Assembly (NCBI GenBank): GCA_048270185.1 | Contig: JBLWTJ010000003.1 | Coordinates: 288,001-352,000 of the forward strand | Direction of reading: 5' to 3' | Length of the DNA: 64,000 nt | Source: Bacteriovoracaceae bacterium | GTDB taxonomy: Bacteria > Bdellovibrionota > Bacteriovoracia > Bacteriovoracales > Bacteriovoracaceae | Part shown: positions 59,811 through 64,000 of the stretch, piece by piece | Numbering within the stretch: the first letter of the stretch is position 1 | Layout: the number at the start of each line of letters is the position of its first letter | The notes under the pieces: generated by a model | What the model was told of the DNA's origin: nothing | The model's input: only the letters and a program-made list of their open reading frames with translations | The model's database searches: none | Position numbers and translations under genes: made by a program

Positions 59811-59948
59811 ATAAATTATGTTTCTATAGTTTCTAACATCAATATTTTATTGATATATTTTGGTAGGTTTTTTTTGTTTGGCCACAGCTTTAGAGCTGAC
59901 TAATAGAAATATTTTTGATAATAAAAACTTGGCCAGTTTACGACGAAT

Positions 59949-60578
59949 ATGAGGCAAATTATCGTGAAAAAGTATGAATCAATTAGAATATTTAAGAACC
60001 CAATTTTAGAGGCAACGACTCACGTTCATCCTATCGTTCCACTAGTTCTTTGGGCGCCATTTGTTATTTATCTAATTTACATTTCATATACCGAATATTC
60101 TTACTCTCACTCAAAACTTATCGTTTGCGCTGTTAGTGGAATCATTATTTGGACACTAACTGAGTATGTTCTACACCGCTTTGTTTTTCACTTAAAACCA
60201 ATTGGACCTTTAACTGAAAGATTTGTTTTCTTGTTTCATGGCCTTCATCACGATGATCCTAATGATCCGACGAGACTTGTTATGCCACCTGTTCCAGCTA
60301 TTTTAATAATGGCCTTAATTTGGGGATTCTTTGCTCTCTTTATTCCTGAAAATTTTATGACAGGCTTCATGGCCTTCTTTATCGTCGGCTATCTTTGCTA
60401 TGATTATATTCATTATGGAACACACCATTTTAAAATGACAGGCAAAGTGGGGCGCTACCTTAAGAAGTTTCACCTTCAACATCACTTTCGCCATGAGAAG
60501 GCAAAGTACGGCGTAAGCTCTCCATTATGGGACTATGTCTTTCGAACTGTAACAGGAGAAAAAGAAGAAGGTTATTAG
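59949..60578 (+). CDS. Fatty acid hydroxylase / sterol desaturase family (FA2H/Scs7-like)
   Basis: WTLTEYVLHRFVFH, HGLHHDDPNDPTRLVMPP, GYLCYDYIHYGTHH, HLQHH, YGVSSPLWD His boxes. Confidence 0.9.
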   Translation: MRQIIVKKYESIRIFKNPILEATTHVHPIVPLVLWAPFVIYLIYISYTEYSYSHSKLIVCAVSGIIIWTLTEYVLHRFVFHLKPIGPLTERFVFLFHGLHHDDPNDPTRLVMPPVPAILIMALIWGFFALFIPENFMTGFMAFFIVGYLCYDYIHYGTHHFKMTGKVGRYLKKFHLQHHFRHEKAKYGVSSPLWDYVFRTVTGEKEEGY

Positions 60579-61552
60579 AGCCAGTTACGCTCTTGATAAT
60601 CTTTTGCTGTCATCTCAATTGTTGATTCTAGATTGTGGTTTGGAATAAATCCTAATGCTTGGATTTTTCCACTATGACAAAGCCAAGAGTCTTGCTCTAA
60701 CTCGTTAACCTTATCTCCTGTAAGAGGTAAGTGAATCGGCATTGTGTAGAGGATTCCAGCAATGATTCTTAGAATGAAAATAGGAATTCCTAAAAAGATA
60801 ACTTTCTTAACTCCTAAGCTCTTTGAAATCTGATTAATTAATTGCTCAAAGGTAACTTCCTCAATTGAGTTAACAAAGTAAATTTCATTTCTGACATTAC
60901 TTTGGTTAGCACAAAGAATAATAGCATCAACTAAATCATATACATTAACAACACTGTAGCGCTTGTTCTTGGCCTTAATTCCAGGAGCTGTAACAATACG
61001 GCCCTTTACCATTTTAAATACGTCTAAGACGGCCGTATCACGAGGACCGATAACCATTGGAGGTCTGATGATTGAGGTGTCCCAAGACTCTGGTGCAAGC
61101 TCTTGAAGGGCCTGCTCTGCTGCAAGTTTCGAGAAGCCGTAGGCCGAGACAGGATTACTTTCAATCGTCTCATCACATGCTGTGGCCGAAGGTCCGGCAG
61201 CGGCTTGAGAAGAGATAAGAACAAAGTGTAATTTTGATTCATACTTAGTTTTTAAGTGATTGATTAGATCTTGAGTGGCAATTTGATTTGTTTTAGCAAA
61301 AGTCACTGAGTGCTTAGCTGATACAATACCGGCAGTGTGGATAACACAATTAAGATCACTTGGTAGATCCTTAATCCACCTTTTAATTGATGCATCACTG
61401 AGGTCTCCCTGAATATACTCACCTGGAAGGTTTAGTTTTTGTGCTTTGGCCTCACTGCGTACAAGGGAGTAAACCTCGTGTCCTTGCGAATGTAATTTGT
61501 CACAAAGGTGTGAGCCGACAAAACCTGTTGCACCAGTTACTAATACTTTCAT
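60575..61552 (-). CDS. Extended SDR NAD(P)-dependent oxidoreductase; putative ceramide / 3-ketosphinganine reductase
   Basis: VTGATGFVG, ISSQAAAGP, YGFSK; third gene of the spt operon. Confidence 0.75.
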   Translation of the reverse strand: MKVLVTGATGFVGSHLCDKLHSQGHEVYSLVRSEAKAQKLNLPGEYIQGDLSDASIKRWIKDLPSDLNCVIHTAGIVSAKHSVTFAKTNQIATQDLINHLKTKYESKLHFVLISSQAAAGPSATACDETIESNPVSAYGFSKLAAEQALQELAPESWDTSIIRPPMVIGPRDTAVLDVFKMVKGRIVTAPGIKAKNKRYSVVNVYDLVDAIILCANQSNVRNEIYFVNSIEEVTFEQLINQISKSLGVKKVIFLGIPIFILRIIAGILYTMPIHLPLTGDKVNELEQDSWLCHSGKIQALGFIPNHNLESTIEMTAKDYQERNWL

Positions 61553-62679
61553 TAGATCTCTTTTTGAAAAATACGATACTTACGATAAGGAGTTGCATTC
61601 ATTCGAATAAGTGGTTTATTCATATTTAAATTATCTTCTAGAATCCAACTCATTTCTATATTCTTATATTTTGGATATTTTCTAATATTACTCTGGCAAC
61701 GGTAGTAGAGAATTGATTCAAGCCCAAAGAGGCGATACTTCTTCTTAACACCCATTGTGATGACACGAACTGTATTGATCTTTGACTGGTGAGCAAGGAC
61801 TTTAAAAATTCCCGTCGGGAATAGACGTCCATTTGGGATTTTATGAAGAACTTGATTGAAGTCTGGTAGAGCAACAATAAAGCCTGCTTCAACTCCATCC
61901 ACTAGAGCAAAGAGAATAAGCCTTTCATCAGCGACTGTTTTTAAATCTGCTGCCATGGCGTAGAATTCATCTTTAGTCATTGGGACAAAGCCCCAGTTTT
62001 CTTCCCATGCATCATTGTAGATATCATACATGAGCTTAATTTCTCTCTCCCAGTTCTTCTTTGAAACTGTACGATAAGAAATGGCCTGCTTTTTTTCTGC
62101 ACGGGCCGCAATCTTAGTGATAACTTCAGGAAGATCTTGCTTTGTTTCCATATGGTAAGCAAGAAGGTCCATGGCCTTTGCAAAGCCTAGTTCTTCAATA
62201 TATTGCTGATAGTATTCATAGTTATAGATCATCATAAGAACAGGTATTTCTCCATGTCCTTTGATAAGAGTTCCACATTCGTAATTTGTCGAAGGATTAA
62301 AAGGGCCCACAAATTTAGTCATTCCAAGTGACTTACACCACTCAGTTGCAGCATTAAAGAGAGTTTTAAAAACTTCTTTATCATCAATCGCTTCAAAGAA
62401 GCCCCAATGGCCTTCTTGAGTTTTATGGAATTTATTATAGTTTCGATTATTAATGGCCGTAATACGTCCAACATCTTTTCCATCTTTAATGGCAATGTAG
62501 AAAGCACAATCTGCTGTTTGATAGAAAGGGTGTTTATTATTAAAAAGTTTGTTTAATTCCATACGAAGCTGAGGAACCCAGCTTTGATCGTTTTTATAGA
62601 TATTAAATTGAATATCGATAAATCTCTTTCGGGCCTTCTTATCATTTAAAACATCAACTTTTTCGATATAAATGGCCAT
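61552..62679 (-). CDS. Double-GNAT acyltransferase; putative bacterial ceramide synthase
   Basis: YKNDQSWVPQL, HPFY, VGRITA, GFFE, GPFNPSTN, YNDAWEENWGFVP, LPDFNQ, SWILEDN motifs of the YghO/bCerS-like family; directly downstream of spt. Confidence 0.75.
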   Translation of the reverse strand: MAIYIEKVDVLNDKKARKRFIDIQFNIYKNDQSWVPQLRMELNKLFNNKHPFYQTADCAFYIAIKDGKDVGRITAINNRNYNKFHKTQEGHWGFFEAIDDKEVFKTLFNAATEWCKSLGMTKFVGPFNPSTNYECGTLIKGHGEIPVLMMIYNYEYYQQYIEELGFAKAMDLLAYHMETKQDLPEVITKIAARAEKKQAISYRTVSKKNWEREIKLMYDIYNDAWEENWGFVPMTKDEFYAMAADLKTVADERLILFALVDGVEAGFIVALPDFNQVLHKIPNGRLFPTGIFKVLAHQSKINTVRVITMGVKKKYRLFGLESILYYRCQSNIRKYPKYKNIEMSWILEDNLNMNKPLIRMNATPYRKYRIFQKEI

Positions 62680-62702
62680 AAACTTTCCTTTCTTCTAGGC
62701 TC

Positions 62703-63911
62703 CTAGTGAACAATTGTCGAAGGGATATCAAATTCCTTCTTCGCCTTTGCAAATACTTCAAGGACTTTGCTTAATTCGCTCTTATTATGAGTTGCCATAT
62801 AGCTTGTACGAATAAGGGCCTCACCTTTTGGAACTGCTGGAGGTAGTACTGGAGTAGCAAAAACTCCGTTTTCACTTAGAAATTTTGTAATAAGAACAGA
62901 CTTCACATCATCTCCAATAAAGATTGGAATGATCGGTGTCTGAGAATTATATGTATAGAAACCAATTTCTTGGAATCCCTTTCTCATAAATTCAACATTG
63001 TCCCATAATTTAGCGTGTAGCGTGTCGTCTTCTTGAATAACATCAAGACATGCAGATACTGTTGCCACAGCTGATGGTGCCATTGAAGCAGAGAACATAA
63101 AAGATCTTGCTAAGTGCTTTACATAATCAATAGTCTCTTCATCACCAGATAAAACTCCACCGATTGAAGCAAAAGACTTTGAGAAAGTTCCCATATTTAA
63201 ATGAACTTTGTCCGTTAGACCAAAGTGATTCATTGTTCCTGCGCCTTTTTCTCCCATCACACCGATACCATGAGCGTCGTCAACGTAGATATAGGCTCCA
63301 TATTTTTCTGCTAATCTTGTCATCTCTGGAAGATTGGCAATATCTCCAGTCATTGAGAAAACACCATCTGCGACGATGATAACCTTTTGAAAGCGGCTAA
63401 TATTAGCTTCAAGTTGCTCTTCAAGAGATTCCATATCGTTGTGGCGATACTTAAATGTTGTACCCATTGCTAGGCGAGAAGCATCGATAATTGAAGCGTG
63501 GTTTTCTGAGTCAAAGAGCATACAATCTCTTGGGCCACAAATGGCCGAAAGAGCACCTAGGTTTGTCTGCATACCAGTTGAAAAGATGAGGGCCTTTTCA
63601 TGTCCAAGGTAGCGCGCAAGCTTTTCTTCAAGCTCTTCGTGAATTGTCAGGTTACCGTTTAGAAAGCGTGAACCAGTACAACCTGTACCGTATTTTTCAA
63701 TGGCCTTAATAGCCGCTTCTTTGACATGTGGGTGGTGAGTAAGTCCTAAGTAGTTATTAGAACCAATCATGATCTGATCTCGGCCATCAATTTTTACTAC
63801 TGTTCCTTCTGAATCTCCAATCTGGCGAAAGAAAGGGTATAGGTCTTTAGATTTAAGCATTTTTGCTTTATCCATTAAACGCTCGGCGGCAGCAGAAAAT
63901 TTTAGCGACAT
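62703..63911 (-). CDS. spt: PLP-dependent alpha-oxoamine synthase, most likely serine palmitoyltransferase
   Basis: LYPFFR, GSNNYLGL, GTGCTGSRFLNG, NHASIID, DDAH, PLP-lysine motif GTFSKS, FSAS; gene context. Confidence 0.82.
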   Translation of the reverse strand: MSLKFSAAAERLMDKAKMLKSKDLYPFFRQIGDSEGTVVKIDGRDQIMIGSNNYLGLTHHPHVKEAAIKAIEKYGTGCTGSRFLNGNLTIHEELEEKLARYLGHEKALIFSTGMQTNLGALSAICGPRDCMLFDSENHASIIDASRLAMGTTFKYRHNDMESLEEQLEANISRFQKVIIVADGVFSMTGDIANLPEMTRLAEKYGAYIYVDDAHGIGVMGEKGAGTMNHFGLTDKVHLNMGTFSKSFASIGGVLSGDEETIDYVKHLARSFMFSASMAPSAVATVSACLDVIQEDDTLHAKLWDNVEFMRKGFQEIGFYTYNSQTPIIPIFIGDDVKSVLITKFLSENGVFATPVLPPAVPKGEALIRTSYMATHNKSELSKVLEVFAKAKKEFDIPSTIVH

Positions 63912-64000
63912 AATTCACATCTCATTTGAATTGTATTAATAATAAAAGGACTAACGAGGAATTTAGCCACTTAGCATTGACAAGTCAATGAAAGATATAC

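Noticed and set aside
472..63379. Remaining 60-130 aa ORFs nested in or antisense to longer genes
   Set aside because: They overlap well-supported CDSs and have no motifs or SD; treated as spurious.
62703..63911. BioF or 2-amino-3-ketobutyrate CoA ligase annotation
   Set aside because: GTFSKS and GSRFLNG motifs plus GNAT/SDR/hydroxylase neighbours favour SPT; no bio or tdh genes nearby. Not formally excluded without phylogeny.

Overview
AT-rich (roughly 35-40% GC by eye), gene-dense chromosomal segment of a predatory Bdellovibrionota bacterium, most likely Halobacteriovorax/Bacteriovorax-like. This is inferred from gene content: short flagellin, many lipoproteins, Bd1075/Csd6-like LD-carboxypeptidase, DUF3015-DUF4105 pair, serine palmitoyltransferase. 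No rRNA, tRNA, CRISPR, integrase or transposase was seen. Housekeeping genes include guaBA, dnaE, pyrD, pyrE, gltA, rpmE2, rpmG (missed by the ORF track), dppABCDF, ald and sfsA. Main highlights: (1) a ceramide/sphingolipid cluster (spt, GNAT ceramide synthase, SDR reductase) meeting a fatty-acid hydroxylase gene tail-to-tail, with an orphan minus-strand terminator and candidate sRNA beyond it; (2) a secreted protein whose 16 cysteines have mirror-symmetric spacing, implying a long disulfide-stapled beta-hairpin; (3) a cell-shape operon of LD-carboxypeptidase, membrane protein and bactofilin; (4) a recurring R-x-[PIT]-A-S motif in exported proteins, several behind sigma28-like promoters; (5) a HAD phosphatase with beta-clamp-like motifs; (6) an orphan RelE/HigB-like toxin; (7) a highly structured spacer after guaA. 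All family calls come from motif recognition, not database searches.
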